64,000 nucleotides of DNA from Candidatus Aminicenantales bacterium (lineage in GTDB: Bacteria > Acidobacteriota > Aminicenantia > Aminicenantales > Saccharicenantaceae). The stretch covers positions 62,001 through 126,000 of the forward strand of contig JBEKXF010000001.1 in NCBI GenBank assembly GCA_049512315.1, given 5' to 3'. The position numbers and the translations under genes are program-made. This document shows, piece after piece, positions 10,756-18,583 of this stretch (the first letter of the stretch is position 1; each line of letters begins with the position of its first letter). Below the pieces are notes generated by a model, which saw only the letters and a list, made by a program, of their open reading frames with translations, had not been told where the DNA came from and searched no databases.

Positions 10756-10784
10756 ATTCTAAAATAATCCGCCCGACTTGTCAA
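10756..10784 (-). promoter_or_regulatory. Sigma70-like promoter of exbD
   Basis: Minus strand TTGACA, 17 nt spacer, TAGAAT. Confidence 0.55.
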
Positions 10785-10803
10785 CGGATTTATCAGCCCC
10801 CGG

Positions 10804-11199
10804 CTACTCCAGCGTCTCGATGGCCTTCCGGTTGTTGCTCGTCTGGAAAACGAGGAAGGTCTTGCCCTCTCCCGAGGCCGACCCGTAGGAATACTGGATG
10901 TCGATCACGGCGTTCCCGAGGAGGGCCCCGATCTCCGCCCCCGCGCCGATCCGGTCGGAGACGAGACAGGTCACGACTTTTTTGGCCTTGACCTTGTATC
11001 CGAGCGTCTTGAGGGAGGTCTCGGCCTTGACCGGGTCCGACGTCACCAGGTGGAAATGGCCCTGGTCCGCCTCCGAATAGACATAGAGCGCCCGGACGTT
11101 CACTCCGGCGTTGGCCAAGGTCCCCAGGACGCGGCCGAAGATGCCCGGTTCGTCGGGGGTGATGACATGGAGCTCGGTTTCCTCGTTGACGGCGTGCAC
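10804..11199 (-). CDS. Tandem ACT domain protein
   Basis: C-terminal part of ORF 10804..11856; GTG after AAGGAGG; DEPGIFGRVLGTLANAGVNV and a second ACT repeat. Confidence 0.8.
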   Translation of the reverse strand: MHAVNEETELHVITPDEPGIFGRVLGTLANAGVNVRALYVYSEADQGHFHLVTSDPVKAETSLKTLGYKVKAKKVVTCLVSDRIGAGAEIGALLGNAVIDIQYSYGSASGEGKTFLVFQTSNNRKAIETLE

Positions 11200-11313
11200 G
11201 GCTCTTCCTCCTTTAGGACGCATTATTATATCAGAGGAAGAGGCGAAAACAAAGGATTTTCTCGTTGTTTTTTGCCCGGGGGGATTATAATGGGGGCTCG
11301 TAAGGAGCACCGC

Positions 11314-12069
11314 ATGACCAGGGACTCCCGCCCGGTCCGGGTGGCCATCATCGACAATTCGGTTTTTCCCGACGTCTATCAACCGGTCGGGCACTGGAGC
11401 CGCTATCTTCCCGCGGAATGGGAGGCCTTCACGGCCCGGCACCATCAGTTCCCCGACCTCCGGGGGTTCAGCCACATGATCCTGACGGGATCCGAAGCTT
11501 CCATCCTGGAGCCCGAGTCCTGGGTCTTCGAAGAGGCCGAAGTGGTCCGGGAAGCCGTCCGGAGCGGGCTTGTGGTCCTCGGCAGTTGCTGGGGCCACCA
11601 GCTCCTGGCGTTCGCCCTGGCCGGGCCCGGACACGTGGCCCGATGTGCCAAGCCGGAGATCGGTTGGATCGCGGTCCGGCTCGCGGCGGAGAGCGACCTC
11701 CTCGGCCCGGCCGGAGAAGAGCCGTTGACGTTCTCCATCCACTTCGACGAGGTCCGCGACATCGGCGGCATATTCGAGGTTCTGGCTTCGTCGGACGCCT
11801 GCGCGGTCCAGGCCATGCGTCTCAAGGACGCCCCGGTCTGGGGCCTCCAGTGCCACCCGGAGGTGGACATCCCGACGGGCCTGAAGTTCCTTCGCGACCT
11901 GGTTGACCGCGGCTTCAAGGGGGAAAAAGCCCTTATCGAGGCCCTGGCCTCGCTCCCTGTCGATTCCGGGCTGATCCGCCGGATCGTTCCCGCCTTCCTC
12001 GCCTTGACGCCACGGACCCCTGTAAACTCAATTTTTTCGCTTGACAAGAAACTTGGAAGTCGTTCATAA
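11314..12069 (+). CDS. Type 1 glutamine amidotransferase-like protein
   Basis: LGSCWGHQ nucleophile elbow and GLQCHPE; ATG after AAGGAG. Confidence 0.85.
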   Translation: MTRDSRPVRVAIIDNSVFPDVYQPVGHWSRYLPAEWEAFTARHHQFPDLRGFSHMILTGSEASILEPESWVFEEAEVVREAVRSGLVVLGSCWGHQLLAFALAGPGHVARCAKPEIGWIAVRLAAESDLLGPAGEEPLTFSIHFDEVRDIGGIFEVLASSDACAVQAMRLKDAPVWGLQCHPEVDIPTGLKFLRDLVDRGFKGEKALIEALASLPVDSGLIRRIVPAFLALTPRTPVNSIFSLDKKLGSRS

Positions 12070-12070
12070 T
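12041..12070 (+). promoter_or_regulatory. Sigma70-like promoter of PKD protein gene
   Basis: TTGACA (12041-12046), 18 nt spacer, CATAAT (12065-12070). Confidence 0.5.
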
Positions 12071-12110
12071 AATTATCCCACGTTATTCGTATCTTCATGA
12101 GGAGGAATGG

Positions 12111-13595
12111 ATGAAGAATAAAAAACTGTTCTTGTTTCTTATTGTCGCGCTGCTCATTTTCGTGACGGCCACATCGTTCGCGGAAACGAAAAAGCTCAAA
12201 AGGATCGGCCTCTACACCTTCGTCCAGGTCAAGGGCCAGGTCCCGACGCCCGAGGTTATGAAAATGCTGTTCGACCGGTACGCCGATGACATCCGGGCCG
12301 GCTTCGAGCAGGCGGGCTATTCGGAACTCTACCAGCCCTTCATGGACCAGCTCAAGACCGCCGAGTTCAAGGAAGAGCAGATCGCCGTCGGCGATAAGCT
12401 GATGTGGATGCTGTTCAAGTCCCAGGGCAAGGTCAAGGTCGCCGAGGACATCGAATGGGCCGGCAAGGACCCGCTCCCGGCTTTCTCCGTCCAGGTCAAG
12501 AAGGACTGGAAGATCTACGACTTCGTCATCCCCAAGCCCTGCGGCAATATCGCCCTCCGGTCGATCACCCAGGCCATCCCCCCGGCGGTCTGCAGCCTGG
12601 TCGTCGTCCCTGAAAGGGCCAACATCAATGACCCGATCACGATCGACATGAGCGGGACTCAGAACGCCAAGAGCATGACTGTCGAAGTCTATGACGCCCA
12701 GGGCCAGAAGATCGCCACCCAGGCCCTGACTCCCGATTCGCCCAAGTGGCAGACGAAGTTCGACAAGCCGGGCGAATACAGCTTCAAGGGTGCCGCGGTC
12801 AACATGGAGGGGATCACGGCCACGAATCCTTGCGCCGGAAAGACCTATATCAACATCCCGCCCATCTGCAAGCTCTGGATGTCCTGCCTCCCCTGCAAGG
12901 ATTATGTGGGTCGTCCGATCACCTTCGACGCCTCCGGCTCGACGGACCCCGACGGCCAGATCACCAAGGTCGTCTTCGAGCTCCTGGACTCGTCCGGAAA
13001 GGTGATCGACACCTGCGTCACGACACGCAAGCCCTTTGTTTGGGAGAAGGTCTTTACCAAGCCCGGGACCTATACGATCAGCGCCACGGCCTATGACAAT
13101 GACGGCGCGAAGTCGGCCTCCACGGACCAGAACCGCCTGACCTTCGAGGTCACCCAAAAGAGATTGTTCTGGCAGGCGGCGGCGGGCCCAATGCTGTCGG
13201 CCGGCTACAAGAATGACCTGTCGGGCAGCACCTACGTCCTGAGTGCGTTCCTGCGCGGCGGCCTCTTCTACTGGCTCGATCCCGACAAGTGGAGCTTCAC
13301 CCTGACGGCCGGCGGCGCGATGCCGTTCAAGGGCAGCCCCTGGAAGTTCGCCTTCCTAGCCGAAGCCCTGGTCAACGGACATTACAAGAAATCCTACGCG
13401 GGCATCGGCCTCGGACTGAGCACGAAGTCCCAGAACGTCACGAAGACCGGCGCGGACATCGTCGCCCAGGTCGGCACGAACGTTTTCCAGACTTGGACCA
13501 AGTTCGGTTCGTTATTCCTGGAATTCCGGGCGCCGGTCGGGCGCTCCTTCAAGTACAACAACAGGTTCGGGCTCGGCTTCCGGATGCTGTTCTAA
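12111..13595 (+). CDS. Exported PKD-domain protein with probable C-terminal outer-membrane beta-barrel
   Basis: Signal peptide; FDASGSTDPDG...PGTYTISATAYDNDG PKD motif; amphipathic strands ending in terminal Phe. Confidence 0.7.
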   Translation: MKNKKLFLFLIVALLIFVTATSFAETKKLKRIGLYTFVQVKGQVPTPEVMKMLFDRYADDIRAGFEQAGYSELYQPFMDQLKTAEFKEEQIAVGDKLMWMLFKSQGKVKVAEDIEWAGKDPLPAFSVQVKKDWKIYDFVIPKPCGNIALRSITQAIPPAVCSLVVVPERANINDPITIDMSGTQNAKSMTVEVYDAQGQKIATQALTPDSPKWQTKFDKPGEYSFKGAAVNMEGITATNPCAGKTYINIPPICKLWMSCLPCKDYVGRPITFDASGSTDPDGQITKVVFELLDSSGKVIDTCVTTRKPFVWEKVFTKPGTYTISATAYDNDGAKSASTDQNRLTFEVTQKRLFWQAAAGPMLSAGYKNDLSGSTYVLSAFLRGGLFYWLDPDKWSFTLTAGGAMPFKGSPWKFAFLAEALVNGHYKKSYAGIGLGLSTKSQNVTKTGADIVAQVGTNVFQTWTKFGSLFLEFRAPVGRSFKYNNRFGLGFRMLF

Positions 13596-13618
13596 GCCCG
13601 GGCATCATCTGAAGAGCC

Positions 13619-13656
13619 AAGGGCCAAAGAGCCGTCTCTTTGGCCCTTTTTATTTT
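13619..13656 (+). terminator. Rho-independent terminator
   Basis: AAGGGCCAAAGAG-ccgt-CTCTTTGGCCCTT perfect stem followed by TTTATTTT. Confidence 0.8.
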
Positions 13657-13793
13657 CAGGGCTTTGTTGGGGGGGCGATCGCCCGCCGGCGCGATCACGG
13701 CCGTTTCCCGGCAAAAGACTGCGGGCTCGGGAGTCGGGAAAGGGATAGGGGAGCCGCCGAAGGGGGACTCAAGGCCAGGTCGCGAAGGCGGGG

Positions 13794-14084
13794 TCAGTCG
13801 TTGAGCTTGCCGAGTTTGGCGAGCTCATCGTTGTAGTATTTCCGGTAGAGGATCTCCCACTCCCGGCTGCCTTCATCGATGGCTTTCTTCTGGGACTGGA
13901 TCTTGTCGATGGCCTTCTTGTCGAGGGCCTCGTAAAGCTTCATCTCGTCCTCGATCGTCCGGACGATGATGAGGCGGATCTCGTTCGGGTCGTCCATGAA
14001 CTCGACCTGGTCGTTCTTCTCGAGCACGTTGAGGACCTGGCGCGAGAGGTAATTGATCTTTTCCCGGGACAGGCGGTTGCTCAC
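13794..14084 (-). CDS. DUF507 family protein
   Basis: RLSREKINYLS...GSREWEILYRKYYNDEL; tandem with paralog. Confidence 0.75.
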   Translation of the reverse strand: MSNRLSREKINYLSRQVLNVLEKNDQVEFMDDPNEIRLIIVRTIEDEMKLYEALDKKAIDKIQSQKKAIDEGSREWEILYRKYYNDELAKLGKLND

Positions 14085-14359
14085 AGGACGATCCCCTTCT
14101 CTTTGGCCAGCTTGGTCTTGATCATCCGGAACATGGTCTGGTATTCGATATTCTCTTTCCGGATCTTCTCCATGTGCTTGTTGAGGATCTCGCGGACCTC
14201 CTGGTCGAGGCGGTCCTCCTTCTGGAACTCGTCGGTCATGAGGAGCGTGACCTCATCGAGCAGATGGGTCCTGTCCTCGGCGATGATCTTGCCTTCCTTA
14301 GTCAGGTTCCGCACGATCACGGACGACAGATGCTCGATTTGACCTTTGTTCAGGCGCAT
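14081..14359 (-). CDS. DUF507 family protein
   Basis: C-terminal part of ORF 14081..14860: MRLNKGQIEHLS...EDRLDQEVREIL...MFRMIKTKLAKEKGIVL. Confidence 0.75.
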   Translation of the reverse strand: MRLNKGQIEHLSSVIVRNLTKEGKIIAEDRTHLLDEVTLLMTDEFQKEDRLDQEVREILNKHMEKIRKENIEYQTMFRMIKTKLAKEKGIVL

Positions 14360-14459
14360 AACCTGAATAACATACAATAGGTCGGCCCAAAATTCAAGGT
14401 TCGATGGCCCTTTTTTTTCGTGGCCGGCGGCGGGCGCGGCGTTCCCCGGGCGGGGGACG

Positions 14460-15368
14460 TCACTTGACGACAAGGAAGGGAAGGAGACGGTCCCGGCCGG
14501 CGGACGGTCTGGCCAGCGCGAGAAGACTCCCCGAGGGGCTAACGACCCTGAAGATGGCGGCGTCGGACCGGGAGAGCGCTTCGCCCGAGGGCGGGACGAA
14601 ATGCTCGGGGAAAAGAGGCGACCCGTGGAGGACTCGGGCCGTGGCCTCGCTCGAGAGGACGAGGGCCGGCGACGCCGGGAGCAGCTGCTCCAGGGGGACC
14701 ACAAGCTCCGTGAGCCGGCCCCCGGCCAGGGCCTCCTCGATCCCGGCGACAGAGACGGCCTCGCTGACGTTATAGGGTCCCACCGACGTTCGCCGCAGGC
14801 TGTGGAGATGAGCGCCGCAGCCGATCTTGAGGCCGAGGTCATGGGCCAGGGAGCGGACATAGGTCCCCGACGAGCAGGCCACTTCGAATTCGACGAGGGG
14901 AGGCGCGTAGTTCCGAAGAACGAAGGAGCGGACGACGACGCGGGCGGGCTCCAGGGTGAATTCTTTACGGGCCCGGGCCAGCTTGTAGGCCCGGCTTCCG
15001 CCGATCTTCTTGGCGGAATAGGGGGGAGGGACCTGAAGGATCTCCCCCTCGAGGCTTCTCATGGCCGCGACAACGGCTTCGACGGGCGGGGAGTCCGCCT
15101 TTTCTTCCGATGCCGGACGGCCGGATGCATCGTACGTGTCCGTGGCGAAACCCAGCCGGATGGCTCCTTCGTAGGTCTTGTCCTGTCCGGAAAGGTAGGG
15201 AAAGAACCTCGTGGCCTGGCCGAGAGCCACGAGGAGGACGCCCGTCGCGTCGGGGTCCAGGGTCCCCCCGTGGCCGACACGCTTGAGCTTGAGGAGGCTC
15301 CGGACTCTCAGGACGACATCGTGTGACGTGCAGCCGCGGGGTTTGTCGACGATGAGGAGTCCGTCCAT
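14460..15368 (-). CDS. truB: tRNA pseudouridine(55) synthase TruB
   Basis: DKPRGCTSHDVV, GHGGTLDPDATG, VPPPYSAKK and CSSGTYVRSLAHDLG motifs. Confidence 0.97.
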   Translation of the reverse strand: MDGLLIVDKPRGCTSHDVVLRVRSLLKLKRVGHGGTLDPDATGVLLVALGQATRFFPYLSGQDKTYEGAIRLGFATDTYDASGRPASEEKADSPPVEAVVAAMRSLEGEILQVPPPYSAKKIGGSRAYKLARARKEFTLEPARVVVRSFVLRNYAPPLVEFEVACSSGTYVRSLAHDLGLKIGCGAHLHSLRRTSVGPYNVSEAVSVAGIEEALAGGRLTELVVPLEQLLPASPALVLSSEATARVLHGSPLFPEHFVPPSGEALSRSDAAIFRVVSPSGSLLALARPSAGRDRLLPFLVVK

Positions 15369-15369
15369 G
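15351..15369. repeat. att core, left copy (GATGAGGAGTCCGTCCATG)
   Basis: Identical to 25782-25800; minus strand encodes truB codons 1-6 (MDGLLI). Confidence 0.93.
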
Positions 15370-15376
15370 CTCTTTT

Positions 15377-16474
15377 TTAATTGATTGATTCGGGAAGAGT
15401 TGCGGGCTCCTCGATGGCTTCCGCGTGGAGTTTTAGGCGACTTCCGAGGAGGTCGGGAAGGTTCTCAACGGCCGCCCGCTTCGTCTTTGCGTCGCTCCGG
15501 CAGTAGCGGTTAAGGGCAACCGTGGGCGTGTCGCCGATCAGCTCCGAGACGGTGCGAATGTCGATGCCGGCCCGCAGCTGCCAGGTCGCGTAGGTATCCC
15601 TCAAGTCATGGATCCGCAGCCGGCCCTTGATCCCGGCCCTGGCCTTCGCCGTCACCCAGGCAATATCCAGGCTGCTGATCGGTTCACCCGTCCTTGGATT
15701 CTCGAAAAAGTACTCCTTGCCCGGCCGGAATCTTAATACCTCGAGCACCTGGGCGTCAAGCGGGATCGTCCGGGCTTTCCCGTTCTTGGCCCGGTCCGCG
15801 GTGATCGTCAGCTCGCCACGTCGAAAGTCCACGTCCCTCCGGGGCAGGTCAAGGAGCTCGCGGCGCCGCATTCCGGTGCCGAGGTAAATGACAATCGCGT
15901 CGCGGAGGTACCCGGGGTCGGCAACCTCGACGAGCCGCCGGGCCTCCTCGAGCTCCAGGATCCTCGGCTTGAACTCCGGCTCCCGCTTCAGGAGTCCCTT
16001 CATCGGCAGGGGATAGGCGGCGAGCTTGCCGTACCGAACGGCCAGGTAGAGGATGGCCCTCAAGCACGCGACCTCCCTATTGATCGTTGCCGTCGACAAG
16101 CCCACCCGGCTGGCTCGGTAGCGGTCAACGCCCTCGGCGCTGATGTCTTTGAGAGCCGAGGTTGAGAAAAACTTCTTCAGCTGGCCGACGCTCCGCTCGT
16201 CCCAGTCGTAGGACCGTTTGTGGCAGGCGTAGAGGCGAAGATAGTCATCGGCGAAAGCTGAAAAGCGCACGACTTCTCCCTCCGGCCTCTTGGCAGGGAG
16301 CCCTTGGGCCGAATCCCGGCCCCAGGCCCTCAGCTTGTCCCGGTAGTCCCTGGCCTTGGTCTCAGTCGGGCCCGCCTTCTCGCGGTAGCGCTGGCCCTTG
16401 ACTTGAATGTCGATCCACCACCAACCGTCACGGAAGAAGAGATTGCGTTTGTCCCTCGAGTGAATTCTCTTCAT
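15377..16474 (-). CDS. Tyrosine recombinase/integrase
   Basis: N-terminal arm-binding WWWIDIQVKGQRYRE; TGMRRRELL, KNGK, HDLRDT, LIGD...NRY; strong RBS. Confidence 0.95.
   Translation of the reverse strand: MKRIHSRDKRNLFFRDGWWWIDIQVKGQRYREKAGPTETKARDYRDKLRAWGRDSAQGLPAKRPEGEVVRFSAFADDYLRLYACHKRSYDWDERSVGQLKKFFSTSALKDISAEGVDRYRASRVGLSTATINREVACLRAILYLAVRYGKLAAYPLPMKGLLKREPEFKPRILELEEARRLVEVADPGYLRDAIVIYLGTGMRRRELLDLPRRDVDFRRGELTITADRAKNGKARTIPLDAQVLEVLRFRPGKEYFFENPRTGEPISSLDIAWVTAKARAGIKGRLRIHDLRDTYATWQLRAGIDIRTVSELIGDTPTVALNRYCRSDAKTKRAAVENLPDLLGSRLKLHAEAIEEPATLPESIN
15378..15390 (-). promoter_or_regulatory. Candidate IHF-binding site next to left att
   Basis: Minus strand AATCAATCAATTA matches WATCARNNNNTTR. 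Confidence 0.5.
15424..15443. repeat. Candidate integrase arm-type site
   Basis: CGTGGAGTTTTAGGCGACTT, 17/20 identical to 25624-25643 at the other element end. Confidence 0.6.
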
Positions 16475-16508
16475 GGTCTCCTCCTCAGGCCCTGGCCCTC
16501 CGAAAAGG

Positions 16509-16742
16509 TCAGACGGGGAACTGCCTCTTCTTGGAAAGGCCGATCTTCAGCATCGTCAATGACATCATCGTGGCAATTCGGTGCGCCTGGTAGGTCACGT
16601 GATACGCGCCATCGTGACCCTTCTTTAGCCCCAACTCTTCGGGTTTCCTGGCCAGCAACTTGGAAATCTTCATGGTATTTTTGATGGCCTCAGCCTCCGC
16701 CTCATCTGCTTTTGCCGTGAGTTTATAGCCCTTCTTCGTCAT
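16509..16742 (-). CDS. Small basic hypothetical protein (77 aa)
   Basis: AAGGAGGAGACC-ATG RBS; directly upstream of integrase. Confidence 0.6.
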   Translation of the reverse strand: MTKKGYKLTAKADEAEAEAIKNTMKISKLLARKPEELGLKKGHDGAYHVTYQAHRIATMMSLTMLKIGLSKKRQFPV

Positions 16743-16757
16743 GGTCTCCTCCTTACT

Positions 16758-16952
16758 TCACCGTCGCCCTTCCTTCTCGTCTTGATGATCCCGGCACCTT
16801 ACGGACCGGCATTCCACCCGTTGAGGCTCCCACCAGCTGCAAAGCCGGCCGGCGCATTCTCCGAGCAGCGGGCAGCGGAGCGGGTTGCCTTTCGAATCGT
16901 GCGGCCAGGCCGCGGCCAAGCGCCGGAAATCCGGCTTAATCCCGGCGTCCAT
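16758..16952 (-). CDS. Small Cys-rich hypothetical protein (64 aa)
   Basis: CPLLGECAGRLCSWW...C motif; co-directional with the integrase unit; start re-called. Confidence 0.45.
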   Translation of the reverse strand: MDAGIKPDFRRLAAAWPHDSKGNPLRCPLLGECAGRLCSWWEPQRVECRSVRCRDHQDEKEGRR

Positions 16953-17285
16953 TTGGCTTTCCCGTCCATTGGTCCTCCCAGCGGCTTGCCGACGACGCCG
17001 CCCGCAGCAGCACCCAAAGAATGAATAGAGCCACAGCCGCAATGAAAAACCCCACGATCCGAAAGATCATATTCCCCCTCCCCCTTTGAGCCCGGAGCGA
17101 AGCCAGCCAAGGACGGGACGTGATGGGGGATTTGCCCGGAATGGGGCAGAGACGCTTGGCTTCGACCCCGGATGTTTTCCATCATGTCGTTTCCGTCCTC
17201 ATCCCAGAGTGTCTCATTGCGTTCCAAGCCGTGTCAAGCTTTATTTTCCCTTCCAATCGGACCGGCTTTCGGCTATGTTTTCCCC

Positions 17286-17456
17286 ATGAACAACCTGATC
17301 AGCGTCCCCGAGCTTTGCGCCATGCTCAAGATCTCCCGATCCACGCTCTACCGGCACCTTCAGGCCGGCGAGCTGCGGGCTGTCAAGCTCGGCCGGAGGC
17401 GCCTCTTCCGCCCCAAGGACATCGACGCGTTCGTCCGAAAGCATCTGGAAAAGTAA
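17286..17456 (+). CDS. Excisionase/AlpA-like HTH protein (56 aa)
   Basis: LISVPELCAMLKISRSTLYRHLQAGELRAVKLGRRRLF is a classic HTH_17 pattern. Confidence 0.85.
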   Translation: MNNLISVPELCAMLKISRSTLYRHLQAGELRAVKLGRRRLFRPKDIDAFVRKHLEK

Positions 17457-17532
17457 GCCCGGGCGGCTCCATATATCGCCAGGGAAGGAGTACCCGGCTT
17501 CCAACTGAGGCCGCCGCCCGAGCTCGTCATTT

Positions 17533-17856
17533 CTAATCCAGTTTGATGAAGGGATTCGTTTCAGGCTCGAGATACTTCTGGCGCTCGGCTTCGGCCTTGG
17601 CGTATCGAACCTTTCTGGCTTCGGACATCAAGGCATCCTGCAGCTCCCGGCCGGCCGTGGACAAGATCTCGCCACAACTCTCCTCCGGCCCTTGGAGGAA
17701 GAACCCCTCGCCGCCCTTGAAGAGCTTCGTCCCGTCGTCGAAGAGGCTCTCCGTGGCCCCGCCCAGGACGTCCTCGGCGGCGCGGATGAGGGTTGCCTCG
17801 TCGGGAGCGGGCAGATTGATCGTCCCGTCATGAGCAAAGATCGGATCGTCGCTCAT
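17533..17856 (-). CDS. Acidic hypothetical protein (107 aa)
   Basis: ATGA overlap with upstream gene; last gene of the packaging-module transcript. Confidence 0.6.
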   Translation of the reverse strand: MSDDPIFAHDGTINLPAPDEATLIRAAEDVLGGATESLFDDGTKLFKGGEGFFLQGPEESCGEILSTAGRELQDALMSEARKVRYAKAEAERQKYLEPETNPFIKLD

Positions 17857-18494
17857 TCGCCGCCTGCCTCTTTGAGTTTCGCCGCCCTGATCTCCAGACT
17901 CTTGTCGAGAAGATCCCGCAGCTGACGCTCACGGTCGGTCTGCGCCTGGAAGTTGGCCTGGTTCTCCGCCCGAAACTGCTCAAGGGTTAAGAGCGGTAGG
18001 CCGGCCTTGGACCGCTCGGCGTTTCTTCTCTCGAGCCACGCGAGTTCGCTCCGCTTCCTCTCGGCTGCGTCCTTGACCGACTTCTCAGCCAAGAAACGCT
18101 CGATCTCCGCCGGGGTGAGAAGCTTCAAATGCCCACCCGACACTCGACGGGCCCAATTGCATTTAGGGCAAGCCGCCCCCGCGTGCTCCGCGCGGAACGG
18201 CGCCGCGACGTCGCAGCCGCGGTTGTCGCACTTCATCCAGGCCGTCTTGACCTTCGCAAGCCGTTTGGCCACGATGGCGGCCAGGCCCGCGATCTCCGCC
18301 GGGGTGGCCTGTTCAACGAGCTCTGCCTCGTGAGAAAGGGTTGTCCCGGACCGCATCCCATGCAGCGGACCCGCCGGGCGTTTCGCGTCCTGGGCGACCC
18401 GGTCGGTCATGTCGCGGCTCTGTAAAAACTTCCGCAGTTTTTCGACGGTCATCGGTGGTGCGCCTGGCTGTTCAACTTTTAATTCTTTCTTCAT
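17853..18494 (-). CDS. Hypothetical protein with Zn-ribbon-like Cys pairs and coiled-coil tail (213 aa)
   Basis: CDNRGC...CPKC; strong AGGAGG RBS. Confidence 0.65.
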   Translation of the reverse strand: MKKELKVEQPGAPPMTVEKLRKFLQSRDMTDRVAQDAKRPAGPLHGMRSGTTLSHEAELVEQATPAEIAGLAAIVAKRLAKVKTAWMKCDNRGCDVAAPFRAEHAGAACPKCNWARRVSGGHLKLLTPAEIERFLAEKSVKDAAERKRSELAWLERRNAERSKAGLPLLTLEQFRAENQANFQAQTDRERQLRDLLDKSLEIRAAKLKEAGGE

Positions 18495-18583
18495 TTAAAC
18501 CTCCTAATTTTTATCTTAAGAATCCGGACAGGCAGTCCGTCCCGCTCAAGCGACGGGTTCGGTTCTTCCCCACCTGCCCGGAT

